From NCBI GenBank assembly GCA_030390025.1, contig CM059431.1, positions 115,694,001-115,758,000 on the forward strand: a stretch of DNA of 64,000 nt, written 5' to 3'. Below are positions 13,070-25,160 of this stretch, piece after piece (the first letter of the stretch is position 1; each line of letters begins with the position of its first letter). Source of the DNA: Squalus acanthias (lineage: Eukaryota). The notes beneath the pieces are model-generated. The model did no database searches and was not told the DNA's origin. It was given only the letters and a program-made list of their open reading frames with translations. The translations under genes were made by a program, and so were the position numbers.

Positions 13070-13247
13070 ACCCCTTTTGTTCTTTTATTCCTCCCCCCAG
13101 CCTCCCCCTTGCTTTTTTATCTGTTTATTTCCTGCTTTTTTCTCAGTTCTGACGCAGGGTTTCGATCTGAAACGTTAACTCTGTTTCTCTCTCCATGGAT
13201 GTTGCCTGGCCTGCTGAGTTTTTCCAGCGTTTTCTGTTGTTGTTCCA
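13070..13247 (+). mobile_element. Second Penelope family, 3' pLTR fragment with degenerate hammerhead (13145-13180)
   Basis: AGTT-CTGACGC-A-GGGT(ttcg)ATCT-GAAA-CG-TT-AACT, followed by the same tail as 51250-51328 and 54555-54620. Confidence 0.7.
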
Positions 13248-13624
13248 ATATGACATGCCTTATGATAGAAGATCAGAACCAAGTCAGCTGTCTGTGGCAG
13301 ACTGAGTAATGAGCCAAATAGGCACACGGTAGGCCAAGGCACAGCTGATGAGTATCCACCCAGCATCGCTCAGTAGTGGAACCTGATAAAGGGTAGGCCT
13401 GTCATTAGTATTCTTTCCACTCAACTCCATAAATCCCTGCATGCCAATGCCCTAAGGGGTTAGAGTGGTCCTGCTTAGGAAAGTGACGGGAAGCTTACCA
13501 GTTCTCTGTGCTGTTAGGCTGTATGGTTTAAGCTGGTTAAACTCCAGCAGCTCCCCCATGCTTACTTGGCTTGCCATCCTGTGCCTAATCTTTCTGGACT
13601 TAGGCAGGTGGGGAGTGTCCCTAT

Positions 13625-14400
13625 GGAGCGAGTTGAAGATGGTAGAACAGGTTAACAAAGCAGTTAATGAAGCATATGGGATCCTGGGCTTTATAAATAG
13701 AGGCATAGAGTATAAAGGCCAGGAGGTTATGCTAAACCTTTATAAAACACTAGTTCGGCCCCAGCTGGAGTATTGTGTCCAATTCTGGGCACCACACTTT
13801 AGGAAGAACATGAAGGCTTTGGAGAGGTTACAGAAGAGATTTACTAGAATGGTTCCAGGGATGATGGAATATATTTACATGGATAGACTAGAGAAGCTGG
13901 GGTTGTTATCCTTGGAGTACAGAAGGCTAAGAGGAGATTTGATAGAGGTGTTTAAAATCATGAAGGATTTAGATAGAGTAAGTAAAGAGAAACTGTTTCC
14001 AATGGCTGAAAGGTCGATAACCAAAGGGCACAGATTTAAGGTGATTGGTAAAAGAACCAGAGGCGACATGAGGAAAAACTTTTTTACGCAACGAGTGGTT
14101 AGGATTTGGAATGCACTGCCTGATAGGGTGGTGGATACAGATTCAATAGTAGCCTTCAAAAGGGAATTGGATAAATACTTGAAGGAGGAAACATTTCAGG
14201 TAAATGGGGAAGAGCAGGGGGAGTGGGATTAACTGGATAGCTCTTCGAAAGATCCGGCGCAGACTCATAAGAACATAAGAAATAGGAGCAGGAGTAGGCC
14301 ATTCGGCCCCTCGAGCCTGCTCCGCCATTCAATAAGATCATGGCTGATCTTAACTTGATGGCCGAATGGCCTCCTTCTGTGCTGTACTATTCTATGATTC
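13625..14400 (+). mobile_element. CR1 LINE 3' portion, with a nested inverted CR1 tail at about 14267-14350
   Basis: LVRPQLEYCVQFWAP...RRLRGDLIEVFKIMK...FFTQRVVRIWNALP. Confidence 0.93.
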
Positions 14401-14769
14401 TAAATTCTACCTATGTAACCAAAAAAGTATGTTTTCTATACATGCTGTGCTATAAAAATAACCAATATAACATTCAGAAAAAAGCTCCATAGGGCCAATT
14501 TTCACCAAACATCGAAGAGGTGGTGAGCCGAGCAAACATGACACTGCCTGATTTTGTTGGCGAGAGGCCCGAACCATTTTGATGGTCCTTTACATTCTAT
14601 TGGCGAGCTGCCTGTGCATTTCCAGCACTGATAGACAGCTCCTTATTAGGGAGGCTGGGCTATCTGGTGGGCCTGGTGTGCATTTAAACAGAGTTTGCCC
14701 CTCTTGAAGGGGAGGTGCCTTTTCACTCTTGCTTTGCAGGAGGCGCGATATTTAAAACTGTTGAGAAGA

Positions 14770-15525
14770 ATGTCAAATTCCAGGGCTCCCCTTTTATTCT
14801 GATGCAGCTGTGGAGGTGCTACTGGACCAAATGAGGGCCAGGCAGGTGCCCCGGTAAACTAGTCAGCAGACATGGAGAGAGAGTGCAGAGCCTATCAATG
14901 CCTACGGCATTACACCCAGGACCTGGCTGCAGTGTAGGAAGCAGTTCAATGGTTAGTCCAGGCCAGCTAAAGTGAGAATTTTATCTTCATCTGTCTTTTC
15001 CTCTTAAAGAAGCCTTGCAACACCACATTTTCCTTCCAGCACTCCTGATCTTTCCCTCAAATGCTTCTTCTCCAATCGCAACACAGCACTGTACCCAGCT
15101 CCTTCTGCTTATAACCACACACTCAACACCTGCTGCTACCCTCAGCACATTCTGCTGCTATCTGGTTACAACTACAGTGCATTTCACTGTTCTGAAAACT
15201 GCTTTCATGCTTCAAACTGGAGGCACTTTCTCGCACACCGCCACTTCCCCCAATTGCTTAAAACTTGTTGCTTCTCCTTTTCAGCGTGCCCACTATCTGA
15301 AGCTGCGGCACAAATCTGTGCAACCCTTTCAAAGGCCACGCACTAACCCACTCCCACTCTTCTTGCAGGGCAAGCTGGCGAGCAACAGAAGGGAGGGGAC
15401 CAGAAATGGAGGAGGTCCAGCAACAGCAACCATCCAAGCCCTCATTCAAATGGAGGATGTCGCCATGGAGATTATTGGCACATGGAGGGTGCAGAGTGTC
15501 AGAGAGGCCAAGTGCAGAAGGATGT
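14770..15525 (+). pseudogene. Harbinger Myb/SANT-like DNA-binding protein, spliced remnant
   Basis: Exon 14770-14971: RAP..SDAAVEVLLDQM...WRESAEPINA...RTWLQCRKQFN, donor AAA|GTGAG. Next exon from 15369 (ttcttgcag|): GKLASNRREGTRNGGGP...EDVAMEIIG. Frameshifts and a stop. Confidence 0.75.
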
Positions 15526-16479
15526 TAGGCTATTTCCATTACCTTTTCTCTTTCCTCAAAAAAAAAATCACACATACAGCCCGATGCTGCATTGAGCTGC
15601 CACTCATCTGCTGCTGCTTACCCTTCCCATGACATGCTGATCCTTGTTCCTCTTCTCTAGGTCCATCCCATGACTCGGCCTCTGCAGCCACACAAATGGA
15701 GGGGGACAACCTTCCAGAAGATGCACCAGCATTTGCTCTTACTCTTCCTAGCATAGAAATCAACACCCCGACAGGATAGGTAGTGAATCAGAGGGTCCGC
15801 ACAGGGTGATTCACAGTGCACAAGTGAGCAGGCGCAGTTGCTAGATGAAAGGACAGCCAGTAGATGGTTCGCCAGAAGGCAAGCCAGGGTTTGAGCTCTG
15901 CTGAAGGGGGCAGAGACTCAGATTTCAGGGGCCTAGCCTTTAAAAGTAAGATTTTCCATGTGCACCTGCAATTGTTCGAGGCATGGACTGCCTGTCCATG
16001 AGCTGCTGAACTATGTCGGAAAGTATGGAGGAGTCTGCTTGTGTGGGATTCTGATGCATAGCATCAACATTTTGCAGTCTACCATGGAGAGTGTGGCCGT
16101 CTCAGGTCGAACTCCTAGAGGTTGCTCATAAGCATCGCAAAGGCCCTCATCTAAGCATCAGCAGCCTTCCACCTCTCATGGTGCAGTCACTGGGAGAGCA
16201 CCAGTAGATTAGCAAAGAGATCACTTAAGAAAGGCATATATGCTAATACCTGGGTGATAATTTTATTTCATGCTATTTGCATCAGCCATTAAAATGTAAT
16301 AGAGTTTGGAATTAATGATTTGTCTGCAGAGTGCTCACCCTGCAATCTCAGATGTCACGGATATCAATGTTGGGCTGTGGTTAGAAGTATTTTATTGCCG
16401 GGTGGAAGGACTGGCAGAGATGTTGTTCAGGGCTGTTATTGTGGGGAGGGGGCAAGATTAGTTTAGCTGAAGCACTGGT

Positions 16480-17520
16480 CAATTAGCTGTTGCCAAAGAG
16501 CTCTGGCTGCTGCCTGGTGTTGGTGCCCTCCCACTTCTGTGCCATCCTCGCTGTCATGAGAGTCTTCCTCATCAGGTGGTGGAAAGTCTTCATTCAGTCT
16601 TGGCTCCATTTGTTGTCCCTATTGCAAGTTGTGCAGAATGCAGCAGTCAACCAGGTTCTGGGACACTCACTCTGGGCTGTATTGAAGGAAGCTACTAGAC
16701 CTACCCAGGCAGCAGAAATGTTGTTTGTGCAGTCCAATGTTCTGCTTGATGATGGTTTTAGTGGGCCCATTGCTCATGTTGCATCACAGTTCAGCAGGTG
16801 AGCATGGGTTTCGGAGAGGTGTTATTAGTAAAAAGGATAACCCTTGTCGTTAAACAGTGAGCCTCTGGCTTACTGTGCTGAGTCAAAGAGGAGGAGGATG
16901 GAGGACTGGCGCAGTATGAAGGTAGCATGACAGCTGCCAGGAAAGTAGGCACAGGCCTGCATGATGTACTGGTGGTCATCACTTACTAGCTGAACATTAA
17001 GGGAGTGAGAGACTTTACAGTTCGTGAAGGCTGCCTACTCCTTGGCAAGAATCCCGATGGCTATATAGGTTGCACACCCTGTACTTGGGGGAAGCTTTCT
17101 ACTTTAGCAAAACCTACAGCCCTTTCCTGGTTCATGGGGAACGTGATAGGCTGGTTGGCTTTGCAAAGTGGGTGTCAGCCACTTGCTTGATGCAGGTATG
17201 GCCTGCAGACTGACTAATGTCACGTGCTGCAGCCTGGAAAGAGCGAGCCCAAGGTGAAACAATTGAGGGCTGTAGTGGTTTTCACTGCCAGAGGCATGCA
17301 TTAACAACTGTGTCAGTGCGTTGCAGGTCTTACTGTAAGAGTTACTGCGGGTCTGTGACATCCTCTGGAGAAACGTAGGCTTCTTGTGTGTTAAGGACCC
17401 CAGTGAGCAGCCCTCCTCCTTTGTGAACCCTCAGCAGCCCCAACTGCAGCTCCCTGAAGTTCCACCACCAGAATGAAGAGGCCAAGGTGAAGTCCATAGT
17501 CTGCAGTAGCCAATACCTGC
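16480..17520 (-). pseudogene. HARBI1-like DDE transposase remnant
   Basis: Minus-strand motifs in the expected order: FPQVQG (~17075-17094), HSLNVQLV..YFPGSCH (~16925-17010), DKGYP (~16832-16849), QYSPE and CCILHNL (~16620-16690). Confidence 0.85.
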
Positions 17521-17598
17521 CTGATTTTCCTAAAGGATCTCAAGCAGATTTAAGCAGAAATGCAGGGATATCCAAGTCCAGGGTCTGTATAAATGAAA

Positions 17599-18205
17599 TT
17601 GAGAGGTCGCACAACACCAGGTTATAGTCCAACAGTTTTATTTGAAATCACAAGCTTTCGGAGCTATCGATCGCCCCTTCCTCAGGTGAAGTAGTAAAGA
17701 AATATAGACTCGACAAAGCATATATAGATAGAGAACAATGCATGTGTACCTTACAATTGCAGACAACTAAATTAAATCATCCTGACTATCTGCCGAGGTG
17801 TGATAAAGTTAATCAGGTCAGCCAGGAAGGTACCACATCAAAGACATAGCAAGATACAACTGAGACAATGAGGTGGAGTCGCAGGGGGTCTAACGTGTCA
17901 AAAGCTGCCGTCTGTATGTAAAACGATAAGCTGTAAAAATGTTTTACTTTTTTACTGGGAAAATTTTTACTTTTTTACTGGGAATCACATCTGTGAACAA
18001 GCCAACGACGACTCGAGTCCGGATCACGTCATGTATCGTGACATAAACCCAAGATCCCGGTTGAGACCATCTTCATGAGTGCGGAACTTGGCTATCAGTT
18101 TCTGCTCGATGATTTTGCGCTGTCGTGTGTTCCTAAGGTTGCCTTGGAGAACGCTTACCCGCAGATCCGAGGCTGAATGTCCTTGACTGCTGAAGTGTTC
18201 CCCGA
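17599..18205 (-). mobile_element. Penelope-like element subfamily A, 3' fragment inserted in the Harbinger
   Basis: Reverse-complement match to about 205-812. Target duplication CTGTATAAATGAAA at 17585-17598 and 18206-18219. Confidence 0.93.
17648..17689 (-). ncRNA. Minimal hammerhead ribozyme motif
   Basis: Minus strand: TCAC-CTGAGGA-A-GGGGC(gatcgata)GCTCC-GAAA-GC-TT-GTGA. Confidence 0.83.
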
Positions 18206-18940
18206 CTGTATAAATGAAACAGGGCTATTCCCAAACAGATACCAAGTACTTGCAGCTAAATGCCCCTTTATAAAGCAATGGGAATGACTGTTTCCAGCCT
18301 GTACCACGCAGTACTACCGTGCGAGTCCAGCGCTGTGCGTTCCTCTCACGAATTTGTCCGAAATTGGTATTGAAATATACATCATAGGACCCCAATTTGC
18401 ATACTGTAATGAAGCTGCTGCATCTGAAGGCCACCTGGGCAGCCCATCACGAGGCTCCCACCAAAATGGTAGCGGCTAGAGCAGCAGTAGCAATGAGGCA
18501 GTGAGTACTACACCGCACTTTTCAGTGCACTATCACCCCGTCCCATCCCAGCCACAAATAGGCTCCCATATCATTCGCAGAAATGTTTTGACTTGTACAT
18601 TAAGAGTTAATGAACTTGTATGAAAACTACAACAATCACATCTGGTATATTGATACCATGGCTTCCTGGAGGTTAACTCTCAGGGGTATATAGTATTAGA
18701 ACTAATACACGGCCTTGAACTCAGAGACTTTGTAGGAAAAAAATGAGAACTTCAATTCACCTACATTTGCAGTCTAATGAGTTCTCCCTCCTGCTAATAT
18801 AAAGTAAAATGAGAACCACGGGAATGAGATTTGAAATCACGTAAAGACATTTCAGGGATTTTATTGTTCAAGAAAAACAAACAAAAATGTACCCATTTTA
18901 TTATTTAACCAATTTCAATTAGTTATTTAGCTGTGGCTAT

Positions 18941-19407
18941 GTTAGCTGTGGCTCAGTGGGTAGCACCCTCGCCTCTGAGTCAGAAGGATTGTGGGTTCAA
19001 GTCCCACTCCAGGGACTTAAGCACATAAATCTAGGCTGATGCTTCAGTGCAGTGCTGAGGGAGTGCTGCACTATCGGAGGTGCCGTCTTTCGGATGAGAC
19101 GTTAAACTGAGGCCCTGTCTGCTCTCTCAGGTGGACGTAAAAGATTCCATGGCACTATTTTGAAGAAGAGCAGGGGAGTTATCCCCGGTGCCCTGGCCAA
19201 TATTTATCCCTCAATCTACATAACAAAACAGATTATCTGGTCATTATCACATTGCTGTTTATGGGAGCTTGCTGTGCGCAAATTGGCTGCCATGTTTCCC
19301 ACATTACAACAGTGACTACACTCCAAAAGTATTTCATTGGCTGTAAAGCGCTTTGAGACGTCCGGTGATCGCGAAAGGCGCTATATAAATGCAAGTCTTT
19401 CTTTCTT
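18941..19407 (+). mobile_element. SacSINE1-like DeuSINE, full length
   Basis: A box tggctcagtgg, B box ggttcaagtcc, Deu-domain, L2-like tail ending in (tctt)n. Confidence 0.9.
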
Positions 19408-20646
19408 ATGTTGCTTTAGTCATTTATTTATTGGCACATTTCATTCTTTGTTTAATCCACAGATGTCGATCTGAAGATAAAAAAGTAAAGCATTGAAAAG
19501 TGGATACCGTACCATTCGTACTGTCGGATTACCACAATTTTACACCTCTTCCTTGAAGTGACATGGAAAACCTTAGCTGACTATGCTATGGCCCTAAAAA
19601 TTGATAAGGCTTTACCCCAAATCATTCCTTGCTCTCATTTGTTTTCTGTTCCTTTTGGAGCCTTCACATCATTACTTCAGTTGATATGAGATTTTTTATC
19701 AGCCCTCAACCGGTGAAGGGGAGTTTGACAACTAAAGCTGATTTAGTAGCCATGGTGGCCTGCTGAACGGGCTGTGACTTGATGTAATTTCCGTGAGAGG
19801 TTATTACTAGGATAAAGGATGACATTGTGCAATGAAGTCATTACAGCTCAATGGAGCTGCTGGTAACAATTACTGATCCTCAAAAACAATTTCTACCATC
19901 AAGACCACCAACAAGATAAAAAAAACACAGGCTTCCTCTTTCCCTTATGCTTTCCTTCATAGATCTGGGGCTGGAGTCCCAAACCCATCTGTGATCACTT
20001 TTGCCATTGTAATTGTTCATTCCAATTGGTAACAATGGACATCTTGGCTGTGATCTTATCCTGAGAACTGTTCTTTCATTCTCTGCTTCTATTTTTTCCT
20101 TATTTGTTAATGAAAGAGACAAACCCACCCTTTCTACTGCTGTTTCACCTGTTCTTCTCTTAATTCCATATTGTAATGCCCAGCATATTATTAATGTCAC
20201 TCTAAAAATTTCCAAACTCCTTCAACATGTTCAGGCACATAATAGATGTTAGGCAAAGGGAAACTATGTTAGTGTAGGAGCATGAATGAAAACTACAAAA
20301 CTTATAGCCTCAGTGTTGGTTATCATTATTTTACCTCAAATTATACAACTTAAGAGACATTGCAGACCTTGCCTTCCAGGAAGGTTATGGTACTCTGGTT
20401 GATGTCAATGCTGCTCCACAGGAGGTGTAATCTGCAGGAATAGGTCTGTTCCCCATGTTGATTTTCTTATGACCAACACAAGACATATTTTATAGTGAAC
20501 GTTCATTGCTCCTGTTAATTCCCATTGTTCCCCTCAGATGGGAGATGCATTGCCACATTTAACAACCCAGATGAGACCTGACTAAACTTGCTCATTGGGC
20601 TCAGCTGAGTTTAAACATCAATCAAGGCGCAAATTTGAATGGGCAA

Positions 20647-21382
20647 GGGGTGATTTTCATGTCCTTACTGCCCTGGATGCACTTAAAAATGGGGCTGTAG
20701 TGAGACCAAAATGGTACGGGAAATGGAAGTGCTGACTTGCCGCTGACTTCTCGCCCATTCCGATTTTCTGGCCGACCTCGATCTAGGTGGCAAGAGCGAC
20801 CGCCAAAAACAGGCCGGAGACTTGTGAATATATGCTGTACATCAGATGATGTAGTTACGACCCCCAACGCCATTATCATCCCTGTCGGCGGATCACTGCC
20901 AGTTCCTGCTCCCACCCACAAAACATGATTGGCACAAGTGAGGAGGCAGCCATTTTGATCACCTATTAAAGGGGACCTCAGCTGCAGTCAGGGAGAGCCG
21001 AGCGCCAGTTTAGCACACTTTATTATGTCAGTCGCCCAGGGGTTTTGAGGCTTAAAAGCTTCCATGTTTAATGATTTTGCTGCTGTAGGTGTTGCGACAA
21101 TTTTGCCTGCTGTTCTAAACTGGTGCTTCCTATCGTTCCCAACCCGCCCCTTTAAGGTGTCATCGGAGGCCCTTCACATTCAACTGCCCTGCCAGATTTC
21201 CCGTCTTCTTAATCGGCGAGCTGCTACTGGGAGTGTGTTTTGTGCTGGCAGCTTACCAAATTCATTTAAATGAGGCCTGACCACAAAACCGGCATAGATC
21301 CCAAGGCCGACACCTTCAAGTGGAGACAGTGCACCCCCTGCCCACAGCCCAGCAGATATGCCCTACAGATGAAAATTGCCCC
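20647..21382. mobile_element. Harbinger-type MITE
   Basis: TIRs GGGGTGATTTTCAT / ATGAAAATTGCCCC, CpG-rich interior. Confidence 0.7.
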
Positions 21383-22432
21383 TCTGTCTGTAGCACAGGA
21401 AACAGGAGCCCCACATCATGTTGCTGTACTCCATGGAAACAATACTTGTGTATAAAAACAGTATTGTGTTAATTGACGGTAATCAATTTCTTTGAAAATG
21501 ACATTTATTTCAGTACATTACAACAGTGACTACGCTTCACAAAATTACTTAATTGACTGTCAAGTGCTTTGGAAGTCCTGAGGTCATGAAAGGTGCTATA
21601 TAAATGCAAGTTCTTTCTTTTCTTTTTATTACTCTTTTTGCAATACCGTGTGCTATAAAATTTCTAGAAATATAAATTTATGAGGTAAGGTTTCTTAAGT
21701 AATTTGAATTTAACAATACCCCCCCACCCCCCGCAACAATCTTAATGTGTACAACTTTTGCTCAGCATTGACAATTTATTTTGCATAATGAATTACAGAA
21801 AAATAATGAATATTCTATTCGGTGCACTTTACGATAATTGTTCATGGACAAGGTGTAAAAGGTCAAAAACATCATGAATTATTATTTTAAACCTTACTTC
21901 AGATTTTAGGACAGAACTACAGCTTTAAAAATAACAATGAAAAGATGTGGCCATGCATTTCCATTGGTTGTATGCATTTTGAGGAAGGATACCAGCCTGC
22001 TTGAGACATCATGCTATCTTTCTCTTTCATATGCTTACTGATCTGCTGAGCATTCCCAACATTTTCTGTTTTTTTTTTACTACTTTGTTTAAGCCTGTTC
22101 ATACTAAGTATGCAATAAGCTGCTTTAATTGAAAAGTAATATTTTGTACAGCATAGGACTTCTGGTATTGAAATGTTTAAATTTAGTGTAATTGTGTTAA
22201 TCCAGGAGTATACATAGAAAGGATAGGTAAGCATACTTTTAGTTTTGGTAAACTGGGTCTACGAGCTTGCCACCAGAATAAGAGAACTGAATTTAGTAGT
22301 GCAAATGTCGGGAGCTATTTCATGGAATCGGATCTAAAACAGCAGCAATAAGAAAGCAACATAAAAGAGTTGGCTGCTGTATTGGTCTTGACTGTAACAT
22401 TCAAATGGTGCCTGCAATCTAAATAACAGACC

Positions 22433-22550
22433 ATAGAATCATAGAATCATGCAGCACAGAAGGAGGCCATTCAGCCCATTGTGCCTGTACCAGCTCTTTG
22501 AAACAGCTGCCAATTAGTGCCACTTCCCTGCTCTTTCCCCATAGCCCAGC
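22433..22550 (-). mobile_element. CR1 3' tail fragment
   Basis: (catagaat)n tail and the same hairpin as 14360-14400. Confidence 0.7.
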
Positions 22551-22621
22551 AGATGGCCTGGTTAATTTAATTAGCAGGGGCTATGATGTAAAGAATTGAC
22601 TTATTCAATGGTGAAGACATT

Positions 22622-22795
22622 GGGGGTGAAATCCAACCTCAGCAGGGGTGCAAAACGAGTGGTAACAGATTGGCCGCGTGTTATATACCCCACCTGATGG
22701 GCTTCAATGGAAAGGAAAATTGGGAAGGTTGTATAGTGGGTGGCCAATCTGATGTTGCCCATTTTGCACCCCTGCTGAAGTTGAATTTTACCCCC
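22622..22795. mobile_element. Short fold-back MITE
   Basis: ggggtgaaatccaacctcagcaggggtgcaaaa pairs with ttttgcacccctgctgaagttgaattttacccc. Related copy at 32314-32608. Confidence 0.8.
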
Positions 22796-22872
22796 CGCAC
22801 CCCCACTGTCTTCATTTGGCTTGATGCAGTGTTTGATTTGGGACTGAGATAGAATATGTAGCTTTTTACGTA

Positions 22873-23262
22873 GTCAGCTGTGGCTCAGTTGGTAGCACCC
22901 TCGCCTCTGAGTCAGAAGATTGTGGGTTCACAATCCCACTCCAGAGACTTGAGCACAAAAATCTAGGCTGACAGTCCAGTGCAGAGCTGAGTGAGTGCTG
23001 TGACACTATTTTGAAGAAGAGCAGGGGATTTATCCCCGGTGTCCTGGCCAATATTTATCCCTTAATCAACATCATTAAAACAGATTATCTGGTCATTATC
23101 ACATTGCTTTGTGTGGGTCTTGCTGTGTGTAAATTGGCTGCCGCATTTCCTACATTTCAACAGTGACCACACTTCAAAAAGTACTTCATTGCCTGTAAAG
23201 TGCTTTGGGATATCCAGTGGCCATGCAAGGCGCTATATAAATGCAAGTCTTTCTATCTTTCT
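22873..23262 (+). mobile_element. SacSINE1-like DeuSINE with internal deletion
   Basis: Matches 18941-19407 but lacks about 80 bp of the middle. Confidence 0.88.
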
Positions 23263-23664
23263 TTAAGAAAATGCGGCAGAGATTGGGTGACTAGCAAATC
23301 ACCAAGCCTTTAAACTTGTCACATTTTGCCAACTTTTTCTACCAAATTTGAATTTATCCACAACCGCTAGGAGTCTGCACTATAATTTCTGCTCTCTGAC
23401 ACAGCAGGTTCAGCACCGATGGTCTCAGGTTAAGTGCGGGAGAGAAGATTGTTCTTCATTAACCATGCTGATTCACACAGACATCTAAAATCTGTTGTAT
23501 TACTGGTTCATTTTATTATACCATGCAAGAGGTCTATACTGTGTCGTGTATTCATTTATTTTGGATGGTGAAAATTGTACAATAATTATCTACCTTCCAA
23601 ATAAATAAATAAATATCTATTTTTATATATATATATCTGTATGTGCATTTCATTTGTTCTCCAT

Positions 23665-24760
23665 TTCTAGTTGCCCTGAGAAGATAAAGGTGCACTGACT
23701 TCTTCAAATGTTGCAGTCCTAATGGTGATGGTACTCCCATGATACTGCTGGGCCAGGAATTCCTGGATTGTGACCTAGTAACAATAAAGGAACGGCAATA
23801 TATGTCCAAGCCAGGATGACGTGTGACTTGGAGTCGAGCTTGTGTGCGATGGTGTTCCCATGATATTGCTACTCTTGTCCTTGGTGGTAAAGATCGTGGG
23901 GCTGGAAGGTGCTGTCGAAGTAAACTTAATGAGGTCCTGTAGCGCAATCTGTCGATAGTATTTACAGCAGCAATGGCGCGCTGGTGGTGGAGGAGATACG
24001 CATTGAATCCAATGGCAGGAGCACTGATCAAGTGGTTTGCTTTGTCCTAGATGATGTCAAGCTTCTGGCGTGTTGTTGGAGCTGCACCCATCAAGCGAGT
24101 GTTGGGTATTACATCACTTAGGCCTTGTAGATGATGGAGATGCTTTCAGGGGTCAAGAGGCGAGACATTCATCACAGACTACCCTGCCTTTTCCCTGTGC
24201 TTGTAGTCATGCTGTCCAGTTAAATGTCTGATCACTTATGATCTGCAAGATATTGATGACGGGGGTCTCAGCAATGGAGATGGTATTGAAGATCGGGGAA
24301 ATGGCTGGGTTTTTATTGTTTGAAACGGTCATCATCAGGCATTCATGTGGCACAATTGTTACCTGTACTTGTCGGCCCAAGCCTGGATGTTGTCCAAGTC
24401 TTGCTGTAAGCTGGCATGGGCTGCTTATCAGAGGATTTGTGAATGGAGCTGAACAGCCTCACTCTCGACCTTTCAACAGAGGAATAGTCATTGATGAAGC
24501 AGCTAAAGATGGTTGGACTGAGCACGATTTCCTGAGGAGCTCCTGCAACAATGTCATACATTACTCCAGCCACTGCAGGGTTTTCCATTTGAGCTCATTG
24601 ACCTCAATTTTGCTTTGGCTCCTTCATGTCAAACAGCTACCCTTATGTGGAGGGTAGCTACTCTCACCTCTCCTCAGGCATTCAACTGTTGCGTCCATAT
24701 TTGATCCAGGCTGATGGCCCGAGCTTTTTTGGTGAAACTTAAACATGGAGTCCATGAGCC
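23665..24760 (-). mobile_element. Old CR1/L2-group LINE (family also at 27090-27400, 35100-35470, 38975-39490)
   Basis: GAPQEIVLSPTIFSCFIND, LLRQHLP..RSLPPRT, RSFIVTRSQSRNSWP. Confidence 0.8.
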
Positions 24761-24824
24761 AGTGACTCATGATTGGTGACATGACATCATCAATTCTTTT
24801 ATTTGCTCAGTTGTTTTTCTCTTT

Positions 24825-25160
24825 TGGTAGAGCAAATAAGGAGAAACTGTTTCCAGTGGCAGAAGGGTCAGTAAGCAGAGGACACAGATTTAAGAAAATT
24901 GGCAAAAGAACTAGAGACGACATGAGGAAAAAAATGTTACGTTGCAAGTTGCCATGATCTGGACTGCACTGCGTGAAAGGGCGGTGGAAGTAGATTCAAT
25001 AGTAACTTTCAAAAGGGAGTTGGATAAATACTTGAAGGGGTAAAATTTGCAAAGCTATGGGGAAAGAGCAGGGGAGTGGGACTAGTTGGAGAGCTCTTTC
25101 AAAGATCTGACACTGGCACGATGGGCCAAATGGCCTCCTTCTGTGCCATATCATTCTATG
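24825..25160 (+). mobile_element. CR1 3' fragment
   Basis: KEKLFPVAEGSVSRGHRFK, similar to 13980-14400. Confidence 0.85.

Larger units (their letters stand above)
14492..18567. mobile_element. Decayed autonomous-type PIF/Harbinger transposon (Myb/SANT gene on +, transposase on -)
   Basis: Convergent remnants of both Harbinger genes. Left end gggccaattttc; the right end is approximate. Confidence 0.75.

Noticed and set aside
13465..14232. 255-aa ORF with a hydrophobic N-terminus as a membrane protein
   Set aside because: About 200 aa are CR1 ORF2, and the N-terminus starts at GTG in flanking sequence.
18941..19010. tRNA genes (also 7770-7847, 8735-8803, 22873-22945)
   Set aside because: A and B boxes run directly into SINE bodies, with no full cloverleaf or terminator.
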